From assembly GCA_036676495.1 (NCBI GenBank), contig JAKFCT010000094.1, forward strand, positions 1 to 62,170: a stretch of 62,170 nt of DNA, in the 5' to 3' direction. How positions within the stretch are numbered: the first letter of the stretch is position 1; each line of letters starts with the position of its first letter. The DNA is from Candidatus Sericytochromatia bacterium. GTDB lineage: Bacteria > Cyanobacteriota > Sericytochromatia > S15B-MN24 > UBA4093. Both the position numbers and the translations under genes were made by a program. Shown here one piece after another: positions 49,257 to 59,229 of the stretch. The notes below the pieces were generated by a model. The model was not told where the DNA came from. It worked only from the letters and a program-made list of their open reading frames with translations, and did not search any database.

Positions 49257-50306
49257 ATGCGCATCGGAATGATCGCTCCGATCTGGGAGACGACGCCTCC
49301 GACCGGCTACGGCGGCATCGAGCGGGTGGTGGACATGCTGGTCCGCAACCTGCGCCTGCGGGGTCATGAGGTGGCGTTGTTCACGACCGGGGACTCTCCG
49401 GGCGCGGAGGAGGGGTGCTGGACCGAGCCCCGGGCCCTCCGGCACCTGGGCTTCGATACGTGGAGCGCGCAGATGGCCGAGGCCATGCACCTGGCCAACG
49501 CGTTCGCGCGCCATCAAGCCTTCGATCTCATGCACAACCACGTGGGGCCCATGGGCAACGCGTTCGCGGAGGCCTGCGGGGCGCGGGTGCTCTCGACCCT
49601 TCACGGGCCGTTCAACGCGGAGAATCTGCGCTATTTCCTGGCCTACTCCCACCAGCCCTTCGTGAGCATCAGCGACGCTCAGCGCGAGGGCTGCCCCGAA
49701 CTGACCTACATGGGGACGGTCTACAACGGCATCGAGACGGAGACGTACCGTTGCGGCCGCAAGCAGGGCTACTTGCTCTTTTTGGGGCGGCTTTCCCCCG
49801 AGAAGGGGACGCACCTGGCGATATCGGCGGCCCAGCGTGCGGGGTTGCCCCTGGTGGTGGCCGGCAAGGTCGATCCGTTCGATCAGGGTTACTTCGAGCG
49901 CGAGATCGCCCCACGGATGGACGGGGCTCAGGTGCGCTTCATCGGGGAGGTGGCCGGGAGGGCGAAGCGCGAGGTGCTGGAAGGGGCGATCGCCCTTTTG
50001 CATCTCGTCCAGTGGAGCGAGCCTTTCGGCCTGACCATGGTGGAGGCCATGGCCTCCGGGACCCCGGTGATCGCCATGCGCCACGGGTCGATTCCCGAGG
50101 TCGTGAGCCCGGGGCGCACGGGCTTCATCGTGGAGCGCCTGGAGGAGGCGGTGGAGGCGATCGGGCGGCTCGAGGAGATCGAGCCCGAGACCTGCCGGCA
50201 GGAGGCCGTCTTGCGCTTCGACGTCTCCCGGATGATGGACGGCTACCTGGACGTCTACGAGCGGCTGGTCGCCGGTCCGCTCGTTCGGACCCGGGAGGCG
50301 CATTGA
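49257..50306 (+). CDS. Glycosyltransferase family 4
   Basis: PPTGYGGIE, GRLSPEKG, EPFGLTMVEAMASGTPV. Confidence 0.92.
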   Translation: MRIGMIAPIWETTPPTGYGGIERVVDMLVRNLRLRGHEVALFTTGDSPGAEEGCWTEPRALRHLGFDTWSAQMAEAMHLANAFARHQAFDLMHNHVGPMGNAFAEACGARVLSTLHGPFNAENLRYFLAYSHQPFVSISDAQREGCPELTYMGTVYNGIETETYRCGRKQGYLLFLGRLSPEKGTHLAISAAQRAGLPLVVAGKVDPFDQGYFEREIAPRMDGAQVRFIGEVAGRAKREVLEGAIALLHLVQWSEPFGLTMVEAMASGTPVIAMRHGSIPEVVSPGRTGFIVERLEEAVEAIGRLEEIEPETCRQEAVLRFDVSRMMDGYLDVYERLVAGPLVRTREAH

Positions 50307-50331
50307 CGCCTCATGGCCGGAGGAGGCCCGC

Positions 50332-52587
50332 ATGAACGAGCGTCAATTCCAAAGCTCGGAGATCAGCGAGGACGAAGGAGAGCTCCTCGAGATCGACCAG
50401 GAGCTCACGGACCTCATCCGCTCGGGCATGCCGGCCCTCTTGACGGGCTGCCGGCATGATCCGGAGGTGCTCAAGCAAGGGCGGCTCTTCCTGGTCTCGG
50501 ACAAGGACGGGGAGGTCAGCACCGGCTGCAAATGCGGCATGGGCCTCTACCACGAGGACACCCGCTTCCTCAGCCAGCTCACGCTGCGCTTGTCCGGAGA
50601 GACCCCCACGCTGCTTTCGGGCTCCACCGAGCGCACCAACTTCGGGCATATCGAGTTCGTCAACCCGACCCTGACGCTCGAGGACGGCAAAACCGTCCGC
50701 CAGGAGACCATGCATCTCTCGCTGGCCCGCGCGGTCTCGGACTTCTTCCGCGAGCAGGTCACGCTGCTCAACTTCAACGTCTTCGAGGTCTCGCTGCGGC
50801 TCAGCCTCGAGTTCCGGGCGGACTTCGCGGACATCTTCGAGGTGCGCGGCCTGCACCGGCAGCGCCACGGCGTCTTCTACAAGCCGCGCCTCAAGGACGA
50901 CAGCATCACCCTCGCCTACCGCGGGGAAGACCAGGTCCTGCGCCAGACCCGGATTCGCTTCAACCTTCCGCCCGCGGAGATCGCTCCGCTGGCGAGCGAA
51001 CAAGGCGCCGTGGGGGCCGTCGCGCACTGGGACCTCGTCGTGCCTCCCAACGGCGGCAAGGCGCTCATCGACTACCAGATCGACACGCTCGAAGGGCCCG
51101 AGCCGCCCCCGGAAATCCAGGGCTTCCCGGCCGTGATCCAGCGGGTCTCGGAGCTGGGGGTGGCCTCCCAGTTCTTCCAGACCGCGATCCAGACCGACAA
51201 CGCCGTCTTCAACCTGGTCCTCGATCGCAGCATCCGGGACCTGGTCGCGCTGACCTCCCGCTATCCGACGGGGCCCTTTCTTTCGGCCGGCATTCCCTGG
51301 TTCACCAGCCCCTTCGGACGGGACTCGCTCATCACGGCCCTTCAGACCTTGATGCTGGGGCCGGAAGTGGCCAAGGGAGTGCTACGCTTCCTCGCGCAGT
51401 ACCAGGGTAAGACCGAGGACGCCTTCCGCGACGAGGAGCCCGGCAAGATTCTCCATGAGTTCCGCTACGGGGAGCTGGCGCGCCTGGGCGTGATCCCGCA
51501 TACCCCTTACTACGGCACGGTCGACGCCACGCCGCTCTGGCTCATCCTGCTCAGCGAGACCTACCGCTGGACGGGGGACGCGAGCCTGGTCCATGAGCTC
51601 TGGGAAGCCGCCGAAGGCGCTCTCCTTTGGCTGGAGACCTACGGGGACCAGGACGACGACCTCTTCGTGGAGTACCTGCGGCGCAGCCCCAAGGGCATCG
51701 GAAACCAGGGCTGGAAGGACTCCTTCAATGCCGTGATCTTCCCGGACGGCAGGCTGGCGCAGGCCCCGATCGCCCTCGTCGAGGTCCAGGGCTACGTCTA
51801 CGACGCCAAGCGGCGGGCCGCCGAACTTTGCCACTTGGTCGGCCAGGAGCTGCTGGCCAAGCGTCTCCTCCAGGAGGCCGACGAGCTCAAGACCCGGTTC
51901 AACGAGGCCTTCTGGCTGGCCGAGGACGGCTTCTACGCCATGGCCCTGGATGCCGACAAAACCCCGGTCAGGACGCTCACCTCCAACCCGGGGCATGCCC
52001 TGTGGAGCAACATCGTCGCTCCCGAGCGGATTCCCGGCGTGGTGAAGTCCCTCCTGGATCCCGCCATGTTCTCGGGCTGGGGCATCCGCACGCTCTCCGC
52101 CGAGAGCCCCGTCTATAACCCCATCGGCTACCATATCGGCACGGTCTGGCCGCATGACAACGCCCTCATCGCCAAGGGCTTCGCCGATCAAGGCTACAAG
52201 CGCGAGGCCAACCTCCTCTTCACGGCCATGTACGACGCGGCCATCCGCTTCAACTACTACCGTCTCCCCGAGCTCTTCTGCGGCTTCGAGCGCGTCGGCG
52301 AGCTCGACAAGCCGATTCCCTACCCCGTCGCCTGCTCACCCCAGGCCTGGGCGGCCGCCACCCCCCTCCTGCTCCTGCAGGCGGCCCTCGGCTTGCAGGC
52401 AGATGCCGCGCACCGGACCCTCAAGGTCAACATCCCCGCCCTGCCCGATTGGCTGGGCCGGGTGACCCTGCGCGGCATGCGCATCGGCGACGCCATGGTG
52501 GACCTCGAGTTCATCCAGGTCAACGGGACCACCACCACCCGCATCCTCAACAAGCAAGGAGACCTGAGGGTCCTCATCGAGGGGTGA
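50332..52587 (+). CDS. Amylo-alpha-1,6-glucosidase / glycogen-debranching-like protein
   Basis: AGIPWF..FGRDS, EEPGKILHE, NQGWKDS, YHIGTVWPHD, ACSPQAW. Confidence 0.9.
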   Translation: MNERQFQSSEISEDEGELLEIDQELTDLIRSGMPALLTGCRHDPEVLKQGRLFLVSDKDGEVSTGCKCGMGLYHEDTRFLSQLTLRLSGETPTLLSGSTERTNFGHIEFVNPTLTLEDGKTVRQETMHLSLARAVSDFFREQVTLLNFNVFEVSLRLSLEFRADFADIFEVRGLHRQRHGVFYKPRLKDDSITLAYRGEDQVLRQTRIRFNLPPAEIAPLASEQGAVGAVAHWDLVVPPNGGKALIDYQIDTLEGPEPPPEIQGFPAVIQRVSELGVASQFFQTAIQTDNAVFNLVLDRSIRDLVALTSRYPTGPFLSAGIPWFTSPFGRDSLITALQTLMLGPEVAKGVLRFLAQYQGKTEDAFRDEEPGKILHEFRYGELARLGVIPHTPYYGTVDATPLWLILLSETYRWTGDASLVHELWEAAEGALLWLETYGDQDDDLFVEYLRRSPKGIGNQGWKDSFNAVIFPDGRLAQAPIALVEVQGYVYDAKRRAAELCHLVGQELLAKRLLQEADELKTRFNEAFWLAEDGFYAMALDADKTPVRTLTSNPGHALWSNIVAPERIPGVVKSLLDPAMFSGWGIRTLSAESPVYNPIGYHIGTVWPHDNALIAKGFADQGYKREANLLFTAMYDAAIRFNYYRLPELFCGFERVGELDKPIPYPVACSPQAWAAATPLLLLQAALGLQADAAHRTLKVNIPALPDWLGRVTLRGMRIGDAMVDLEFIQVNGTTTTRILNKQGDLRVLIEG

Positions 52588-52722
52588 TCCCCGCCATTCC
52601 CGGGCCATGCCGGCGGTGCCCATGCGCTATACTAGTACAGATGGGCCATTCCCTCCCCAACCTCAGTCGGGGCGAGGGTCCCGCGGCATCGCCGCGGCCA
52701 TGGCCACTTCAGGAGACCAACC

Positions 52723-53148
52723 ATGACCAGCACCCCTCCCAAAACGTTACCCCCCCGTCCCCCCTACCTGAAAGCCATCTTCCGGGGCTTCATGCTGCGC
52801 TGCCCGCGCTGCGGGGTCGGGCCCACCAGCGAGAAGCTCTTGAAGCTGTATCCGGCTTGCTCGAATTGCGGGCAGGCCTTCAAGCTGAAAACGGGTGAGT
52901 TCACGGGCGGGGTCTACCTCGGCTACTTCCTGACCATCATCCTGGTCACGATCGTCTTCCTGATCCTGATCGGGCCCTTCAAGATGGGCATCGACCAGAC
53001 CTTGTGGGTGCTGGTCCCCCTCGGCGCCATCATTCCCTTCCTCACGCACCGCAACACCGTGGGCATGTTCATGGGAATGCTGATCGCCAACGGCGCCATG
53101 GACTACTTCTCGGAGGCGCCCGACGGCGGCGCCCCCTCCCAGCGCTGA
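52723..53148 (+). CDS. DUF983-like protein
   Basis: RCPRCG...CSNCG followed by two TMs. Confidence 0.75.
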   Translation: MTSTPPKTLPPRPPYLKAIFRGFMLRCPRCGVGPTSEKLLKLYPACSNCGQAFKLKTGEFTGGVYLGYFLTIILVTIVFLILIGPFKMGIDQTLWVLVPLGAIIPFLTHRNTVGMFMGMLIANGAMDYFSEAPDGGAPSQR

Positions 53149-53255
53149 CGTCCGCGGCTTTTCGTCCCGGGCGCTTCGGGGTAAGAAGAACGGGTCGCCG
53201 CCACGTCCGGCGTGAGCCCCCATGCAGTCCCCATCGAGATAGGAACCCACCCCCC

Positions 53256-53954
53256 ATGCGCTATGCCCTGATCACCGGTGCGTCGAGAGGACTCGGAAGA
53301 GCCCTCGCTATGGCCTTGGCCGAGCGCGGCTGGGGCCTGTGGCTGACCGCGCGCAATGCCGAGGACCTGGCGCGGGTTCGCGACGAACTCCGCGAAACGA
53401 CCTGGGTCGAGGCGATCGCCGGAGACGTCTCCGACCCGGGACACCGCGCCCGCCTCGCGGGGGCCGTGGCGGAGGTCGGCGAGCTCGATGCCCTCGTCAA
53501 CAATGCGGCCATCCTCGGAGCCAGCCCCCGGCCGCTGCTGCTGGACCATCCCCTCGACGACCTCGTGCGCATCATGCAGATCAACGCGCTGGCCCCTCTG
53601 GCCCTCGTGCAGGCGCTGCGCGACGCGTTGCCCGCGGGAGCGTGCATCCTCAACGTGAGCAGCGACGCGGCCGTCGACTGCTACCCGGAATGGGGCGGCT
53701 ACGGCGCGAGCAAGGCCATGCTGGATCACCTCACGGGCACCCTGGCACTGGAGAACCCGCAATGGCGCGTCTACTGGGTCGACCCCGGCGAGATGCGCAC
53801 CCAGCTCTACCAGGAGTCCCGCCCCGGAGAGAATCTCGACTACCTCTACCCGCCCGAGATCAGCCTCCCGGTCTTCCTCGACCTCCTCCATGGCGATCAG
53901 CCAAGCGGGCGCTACTTCGCCCAGGACAGCGCGGTCCTTTACCCCGCGTTTTGA
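53256..53954 (+). CDS. SDR family oxidoreductase
   Basis: TGASRGLG, NNA, YGASK. Confidence 0.9.
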   Translation: MRYALITGASRGLGRALAMALAERGWGLWLTARNAEDLARVRDELRETTWVEAIAGDVSDPGHRARLAGAVAEVGELDALVNNAAILGASPRPLLLDHPLDDLVRIMQINALAPLALVQALRDALPAGACILNVSSDAAVDCYPEWGGYGASKAMLDHLTGTLALENPQWRVYWVDPGEMRTQLYQESRPGENLDYLYPPEISLPVFLDLLHGDQPSGRYFAQDSAVLYPAF

Positions 53955-53958
53955 GGCC

Positions 53959-54007
53959 CTTTCACGCAAGAACCCCGGCCACTCAGGCCGGGGTTCTTGC
54001 GTGAAAG
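53959..54007. terminator. Probable bidirectional terminator
   Basis: 22-bp perfect stem between convergent genes. Confidence 0.7.
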
Positions 54008-54014
54008 TTCTCGT

Positions 54015-54344
54015 CTAGGCCTTGGTCTTCATCAGGGCCTGGATCACGGCGTTGACCTGATTGCCCAGGGTGACGACGATCTCGCCCATGATGGTGAAGC
54101 TCTGCTTGGAGAGCGTGCCCTTGATTTCTTCGGTCTTTTCCAGCGTCTCGGTCAGTGCGGCGAGCGCCTGGCGAAGCTCGGCCTCGACGTTGGCAGCCCC
54201 CTCGGAAAGGACCTTCTCGGCTTCCTGTCGGGCTTGCTCGGCGTACTCGAAAAGCTCCCAGAGGCGGCCGTTGAGGTCGAAGAGCAGTGAGTTCACGCCC
54301 TCGTGGATCGAGGCGATGCTGAAGCCGGACTCGGTCTGTGTCAT
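54015..54344 (-). CDS. Hypothetical helical protein
   Basis: AAGGAG SD before ATG; host-like codon usage. Confidence 0.7.
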   Translation of the reverse strand: MTQTESGFSIASIHEGVNSLLFDLNGRLWELFEYAEQARQEAEKVLSEGAANVEAELRQALAALTETLEKTEEIKGTLSKQSFTIMGEIVVTLGNQVNAVIQALMKTKA

Positions 54345-54433
54345 GCGGATCTCCTTGAGCATTTGGGGGTCACTTGCTTACCATGGGGGTTATACCCATC
54401 GCACGACGGGTTTTCCCGTGAAGGAGGTCAGCC

Positions 54434-55222
54434 TTGGATCTCGGATTGAAGGGCCGCCGCGCCCTCGTTTGCGCCGCCTCGAAGGGGCTGGGTCGCGCCA
54501 TCGCGACCTCCCTCTCGGAGGAAGGGGCCGAAGTGGTCATCTGTTCCCGCAATGCCGAAGCCCTCGTGGAAACGGCCCGCGCCATCCAGGCCCGGACGGG
54601 AAACCCCGTCTTTCCCATCGCCGCGGACCTGAGCCGGGTCGAGGACGTGGAGCGCCTCCTGGAATCGGCCGTCACGGCCCTGGGTGGCATCGACATCCTG
54701 ATCAACAACTTCGGGGGTCCCCCGGCCGGGGGGCTGGACCAGGTGAGTGAAGCGCAGTGGCGCGAGGCGCTCGAGATCGGGATGATGTCGGTCATCCGGC
54801 TCACCCAGCGGGTGATTCCGGGGATGCGCGAACGCGGCTGGGGGCGCATCATCACGGTCTCCTCGACGACCGTCCTGCAGCCCTCGGAGGCGCTCTTGAT
54901 CTCGAGCACCGTGCGCTCGGGAACGGCCGCCTTCATGAAGGCGATCGCCGCGGGACTCGCCAAGGACAACATCCTCGTCCACACCGTCTGCCCCGGCCCC
55001 ACCCGCACCGACCGGATGGTTTACCTGGCGGAATCCCTCGCCGCTCAAAAGGGCACCCGTCCCGAGGACGAAGAGCGCGGCATGACCGCGGACATCCCCA
55101 TGGGCCGGATGGGCCGCCCCGAGGAGCTGGGCGACCTGGTCGCGTGTCTCGCGTCGGATCGCCTCAGCTACGCGACGGGCTTGACCCTGGCGGTGGACGG
55201 CGGGCAGGTCAGGTGCCTTTAA
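54434..55222 (+). CDS. SDR family oxidoreductase (atypical)
   Basis: MDLGLKGRRALV.AASKGLG, NNFGGPP, VDGG. Confidence 0.9.
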   Translation: MDLGLKGRRALVCAASKGLGRAIATSLSEEGAEVVICSRNAEALVETARAIQARTGNPVFPIAADLSRVEDVERLLESAVTALGGIDILINNFGGPPAGGLDQVSEAQWREALEIGMMSVIRLTQRVIPGMRERGWGRIITVSSTTVLQPSEALLISSTVRSGTAAFMKAIAAGLAKDNILVHTVCPGPTRTDRMVYLAESLAAQKGTRPEDEERGMTADIPMGRMGRPEELGDLVACLASDRLSYATGLTLAVDGGQVRCL

Positions 55223-55223
55223 A

Positions 55224-56129
55224 TTAGCCCAGTTGGTTCTGTTCGAGGTAGCGCTTGTTGAGCATCGACAGCGCCAGGGTCATGGCGAAGAGCACCATGC
55301 CGATGGAGCTCGCGTAGCCCATGTTGAGGCTCTCGAAGGCCTGCTGGTAGAGGTAGTAGACCATGGTCGTGGACGCTTCCAGCGGACCGCCCTTGGTGAG
55401 CACGAAGATCTCGGCAAAGACCTTGAGAGCGTTGATCGAGCTCACGATGCCCACCATCGCCATGTGCGGGATCATCAGGGGCAGGGTCAGGTAGAGGTGC
55501 TGCTGCCAGCGCTTCGCCCCGTCGAGATCGGCGGATTCGTAGACTTCCTGGGGAATCCCCTGAAGGCCCGCCAGGTAGATCACCATGTAGTAGCCGAGGC
55601 CCTTCCAGACGGTCACGGCCATGACGGCGCCCAAGGCCGTCTCGGGCTGACTCAACCAGGGGACGGGATGTGCCATCAGCCACGGGAAGGCGCTCTGGGC
55701 CACCCAGTTCACCAGGCCGTTCTCGGCGTAGAGCCACTTCCAGGTGAGGCCGACGACCACGATGGGGATGACCACCGGCAGGTAGTAGGCGGCGCGGAAG
55801 AAGCCGATGCCGCGCATCGGCACGTTGACGAGAATGGCGATGAGTAGCGGCAGGATCACCAGGGCGGGCACCACTCCCAGGAGGTAGATGAGCGAGTTGA
55901 CCAGCGCCGTCCAGAAGGTCGGGTCGCTGGCCAGCTGCATGTAGTTCGCGAAGCCCACCCAGCGCCAGGCCCCTCCGAAGTCCGACTCCGCAAACGAGTT
56001 GAAGACGGCCATGACCGCCGGCAGAATCCAGAAGATGCCCAGCACCAGGCCTGCGGGCAGCAGGAAGAGGTAGGGGGCGAGGTTCACGCGGCGTTTGCGG
56101 GACTGGGCGGGCTTCAGGAGGGTGGCCAT
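55224..56129 (-). CDS. Sugar ABC transporter permease
   Basis: Six TMs; EAA-like loop YESADLDGA. Confidence 0.92.
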   Translation of the reverse strand: MATLLKPAQSRKRRVNLAPYLFLLPAGLVLGIFWILPAVMAVFNSFAESDFGGAWRWVGFANYMQLASDPTFWTALVNSLIYLLGVVPALVILPLLIAILVNVPMRGIGFFRAAYYLPVVIPIVVVGLTWKWLYAENGLVNWVAQSAFPWLMAHPVPWLSQPETALGAVMAVTVWKGLGYYMVIYLAGLQGIPQEVYESADLDGAKRWQQHLYLTLPLMIPHMAMVGIVSSINALKVFAEIFVLTKGGPLEASTTMVYYLYQQAFESLNMGYASSIGMVLFAMTLALSMLNKRYLEQNQLG

Positions 56130-56130
56130 C

Positions 56131-57384
56131 TTACTTGCTCAGAATCCGTTCCCAGTCGGCAGCAGCCTTCGCGAGGGCCTCCTCCGGGGTCGTCTTACCG
56201 AGGGCGGCACTCTGGAAGGCTTGGTTCAGGGCCTTGGCCAGCTCGTCATGTCGCGGCAGGGGCGGGACCAGCAGCTCCGCGCGCTCCAACTGCTGAGCGG
56301 CAATCTGGCGGGCGCGATCCTCGAGCGTGGGCGCTGCCGGCAGCTTCGTGAAGTACTCCGCCTGGGCTGCGGCCTTGACCGACGGGAGGATGGGAACCAG
56401 CTTCGAGAAGGCGAGCTGGTTCTCGGCGTTGGTGATGAACTGCGCGAGGGCGATCGCCTCGCTCTGGTGCTTGGCGCCCTTGGGGACGACCAGGTTCATG
56501 ACGCCCACTCCGACCTTGCCCGACTTGCCGGAGAGCTGGGGGCCGACTTCGAGCTGGGCGTAGAGCGCGGGGGCGTTCTGCTTGATGAGGGTGAGGAACT
56601 GGGGACCTGCCGGAAGCACCGTGGTCTGGCCTGCCTGGAAGCGGTCCACCACCTCGCGGTGGTCGAGACTGAGGGATTCCTTGGCGATCGCCCCGTTCTT
56701 GTAAAGTCCCACCCAGAAGGCGAAGGATTCGCGGCCCTCGGGCGAATCGAAGGCGGCATGCTTCCCGTCCGCGCTGAGCAGCGTCACGCCGTCCATCGAA
56801 AGCAGCTCCATCAGCTTGTTGCCGTCTCCGAAGCTGGGCAGGAACGGCTGGAAACCCGCTTTTTGAAGGGCAGCGGCATGGGTCGAGAGCTCCCGGTACG
56901 TCATGGGCAGGCCCGTCACTCCCGCTTTCGTGAGGTTCCCGCGGTTGAAGACCGAAACCTGGGTGCTCAGGTACCAGGGCAGGCCGAAGAGCTTTCCGTC
57001 GATGCGGGTGGCGTCCAGGGAGGCCGGATAGTACGCGGAGAGCACGTCGGCGGGAAGGGTCGCGCTCAGCTCGACCAGGGCGCCTTGGCGGGCCAGCTTG
57101 GAGGAGAAGGCGGGGTTGAGGTTGATGAGATCGGGAGGGTTGCCGCCCGCGACCGAGGAGAGGGCCTTCTGCTCGATGGCCGAGGCGGGAAGGTCCACCC
57201 AGTCGACGTCCACGCCGGGGTGCGCTTTCTCGAACTCGGCGATGGTCGCTTCCATGTAGCCCGTGAACTGGGGCTTGAGGCCCATGGTCCAGAACTCGAC
57301 CTGGTTGCCGGAATCGCTCGCACAGGCGGAGAGCACGCTGACGCTGAGCGCGAGGGCGAGAAGCGGGAGTTTGCGTGGGAACAT
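56131..57384 (-). CDS. Sugar ABC transporter substrate-binding lipoprotein
   Basis: Lipobox LSAC; FEKAHPGVDV, PPDL, LPWY. Confidence 0.9.
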   Translation of the reverse strand: MFPRKLPLLALALSVSVLSACASDSGNQVEFWTMGLKPQFTGYMEATIAEFEKAHPGVDVDWVDLPASAIEQKALSSVAGGNPPDLINLNPAFSSKLARQGALVELSATLPADVLSAYYPASLDATRIDGKLFGLPWYLSTQVSVFNRGNLTKAGVTGLPMTYRELSTHAAALQKAGFQPFLPSFGDGNKLMELLSMDGVTLLSADGKHAAFDSPEGRESFAFWVGLYKNGAIAKESLSLDHREVVDRFQAGQTTVLPAGPQFLTLIKQNAPALYAQLEVGPQLSGKSGKVGVGVMNLVVPKGAKHQSEAIALAQFITNAENQLAFSKLVPILPSVKAAAQAEYFTKLPAAPTLEDRARQIAAQQLERAELLVPPLPRHDELAKALNQAFQSAALGKTTPEEALAKAAADWERILSK

Positions 57385-57395
57385 GAGCGACTCCT

Positions 57396-58208
57396 CTAAC
57401 CGTTTTTGGAGGACGGGGCCTCGTTGAGCAAGTTGAGCGGGACGATGACGACCAGGTCGTCGGTGATCTCGACCTTGACCGATTCCTTCATCACCAGCTG
57501 TTCGAGCACGATGCCCCGCCCGTCCGGGGTGGTGACCATGTCTCCGACCCGGGGAAGCTCGGCCTTGATCTCCTTGTACATCTCGTGCTCGTAGGAGAGG
57601 CAGCACATCAGCCGGCCGCAGAGCCCGCTGATCTTGCTGGGGTTCATGGGCAGGTTCTGCTCCTTGGCGAGCTTGATGGTGATGGGCGCGAACTCCTTGA
57701 GGAAGGTCGAGCAGCAGAGCTCGCGGCCGCAAACGCCGACTCCGCCCAGGATCCCGGCGGCGTCGCGCACGCCGATCTGGCGCAGCTCGATGCGAACCCG
57801 CCGGAAGATCGAGGTGAGATCCTTCAGGAGGGCCCGGAAATCCACGCGGTGATCCGCGGTGTAGTAGAAGGTGAGGCGCGAGAAGTCGAAGGTGTAGACC
57901 GTCTCGATCAGCTTCATTGGCAGGCCGTGGGCCTGGATCTTCTCTCCGCAGAGGCCGTGAGCCTTGACCTCCTCGGTCCACTTCGAGTCGAGCTGCTTGA
58001 GGTCCGCGGTGCTGGCCTTGCGGATGAGGCGCGCCGTGGGAAGCTTGCCATGCTCCGTGACCACGGCCGACGGCAGCACGATCACCGGGGAGCATTCGAG
58101 CCCCTTCTCGGTTTCGTAGACGACGAAGTCCTGGCGCTGAAGCGACTCGTCCTGAGGATCGAGCAGGCGCAACTCGCCGTTTCGCAGTCGAATTCCGATG
58201 GTCGACAC
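57396..58208 (-). CDS. PSP1 domain protein (YaaT/RicT-like)
   Basis: RVDFRALLKDL, IELRQIGVRD, CGRELCC, KISGLCGRLMCCL. Confidence 0.93.
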   Translation of the reverse strand: MSTIGIRLRNGELRLLDPQDESLQRQDFVVYETEKGLECSPVIVLPSAVVTEHGKLPTARLIRKASTADLKQLDSKWTEEVKAHGLCGEKIQAHGLPMKLIETVYTFDFSRLTFYYTADHRVDFRALLKDLTSIFRRVRIELRQIGVRDAAGILGGVGVCGRELCCSTFLKEFAPITIKLAKEQNLPMNPSKISGLCGRLMCCLSYEHEMYKEIKAELPRVGDMVTTPDGRGIVLEQLVMKESVKVEITDDLVVIVPLNLLNEAPSSKNG

Positions 58209-58245
58209 GGTCGATCCTTTCTAGAGAGCCGCGAGCCCGGGAGGG

Positions 58246-59229
58246 CTAGCCTCGCGAGGTGCGCTCCACGTCACGCGCGGTCGGGGCCAGGTCCCCGGCA
58301 AGCACGGTCCACGCCAGCTTGGCGTTGGCGTGGCTCAGGAGTTGCCTCCGGTGTTTTTCCAGCCGCGAGAGCACCCGCAGCCAGTAATCCCGGGGCAGAC
58401 CCCGGTGCATGGCCTCGGCGTCCCCGCAGCGGCTGACCAAGTCGTCGCGCCGGGTTTCGGCCCAAATGATGATATCACGAACCTGGATGAGGAGCGATTC
58501 CACCGCGCGCTGCTGGGCCTCGGCGTCGAGCGCGGAAAGGCGCTCCGCTTCCGCGAGCCGGTCGGTCATGGTGGAGAGCGCGATCAGGCGCGGGGCTTCC
58601 GCCGCCGCATGCTCGGACTCGGTCAGGGCCCATCCCAGACGGCCATCCGCGAGCGCGCCCAGCTCCTTGGCGCGGGCCGAATCGAGCCCCCGACGCAGCA
58701 GCTCGCTTTCGATCACGGGGCGCGCGACCGGTCCGAACGGCATGATCTGACAGCGCGAGACCAAGGTGGGAAGCACCGTGTCCACGCTGGATCCCAGCAA
58801 GATGATGACGGTCCCCGGCACGGGCTCCTCGACGGTCTTGAGCAGCGTGTTGGCGCCCTGGACGTTCAGGAGATCCGTGGAGACGATGTAGACCTTCCAC
58901 TTCCCGCGATGTGCCTTCCAGCCGGCCTCCTGGACCAGCTTCCGGACGTCCTCCACCGAGAAGACCTTCTTGCCCTCGGAGGGCATGGCGATCCGGACGT
59001 CGGGATGATTGCCGTGATGGATGGCGAGGCATTCCGGGCAGGCGCCCTCCCCGTCCAGGCAGCCTTCCCCCCGCTCGCAGTTGAGGGCGAGCGCGAAGGC
59101 CTTGGCGGCCGTTTCCTTGCCGACGCCCGCGGGGCCGACGAAGAGATAGGCATGATGCGGGCGGGAGAGGGCCGCCCGCAAGGAGCGGACGGCCCTCTCT
59201 TGACCCAGGATGGAATCGAACGCGTTCAC
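58246..59229 (-). CDS. holB: DNA polymerase III subunit delta'
   Basis: HAYLFVGPAGVGK, Zn cluster, HPD, ANTLLKTVEEP, SRC; holB-yaaT order. Confidence 0.9.
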   Translation of the reverse strand: MNAFDSILGQERAVRSLRAALSRPHHAYLFVGPAGVGKETAAKAFALALNCERGEGCLDGEGACPECLAIHHGNHPDVRIAMPSEGKKVFSVEDVRKLVQEAGWKAHRGKWKVYIVSTDLLNVQGANTLLKTVEEPVPGTVIILLGSSVDTVLPTLVSRCQIMPFGPVARPVIESELLRRGLDSARAKELGALADGRLGWALTESEHAAAEAPRLIALSTMTDRLAEAERLSALDAEAQQRAVESLLIQVRDIIIWAETRRDDLVSRCGDAEAMHRGLPRDYWLRVLSRLEKHRRQLLSHANAKLAWTVLAGDLAPTARDVERTSRG

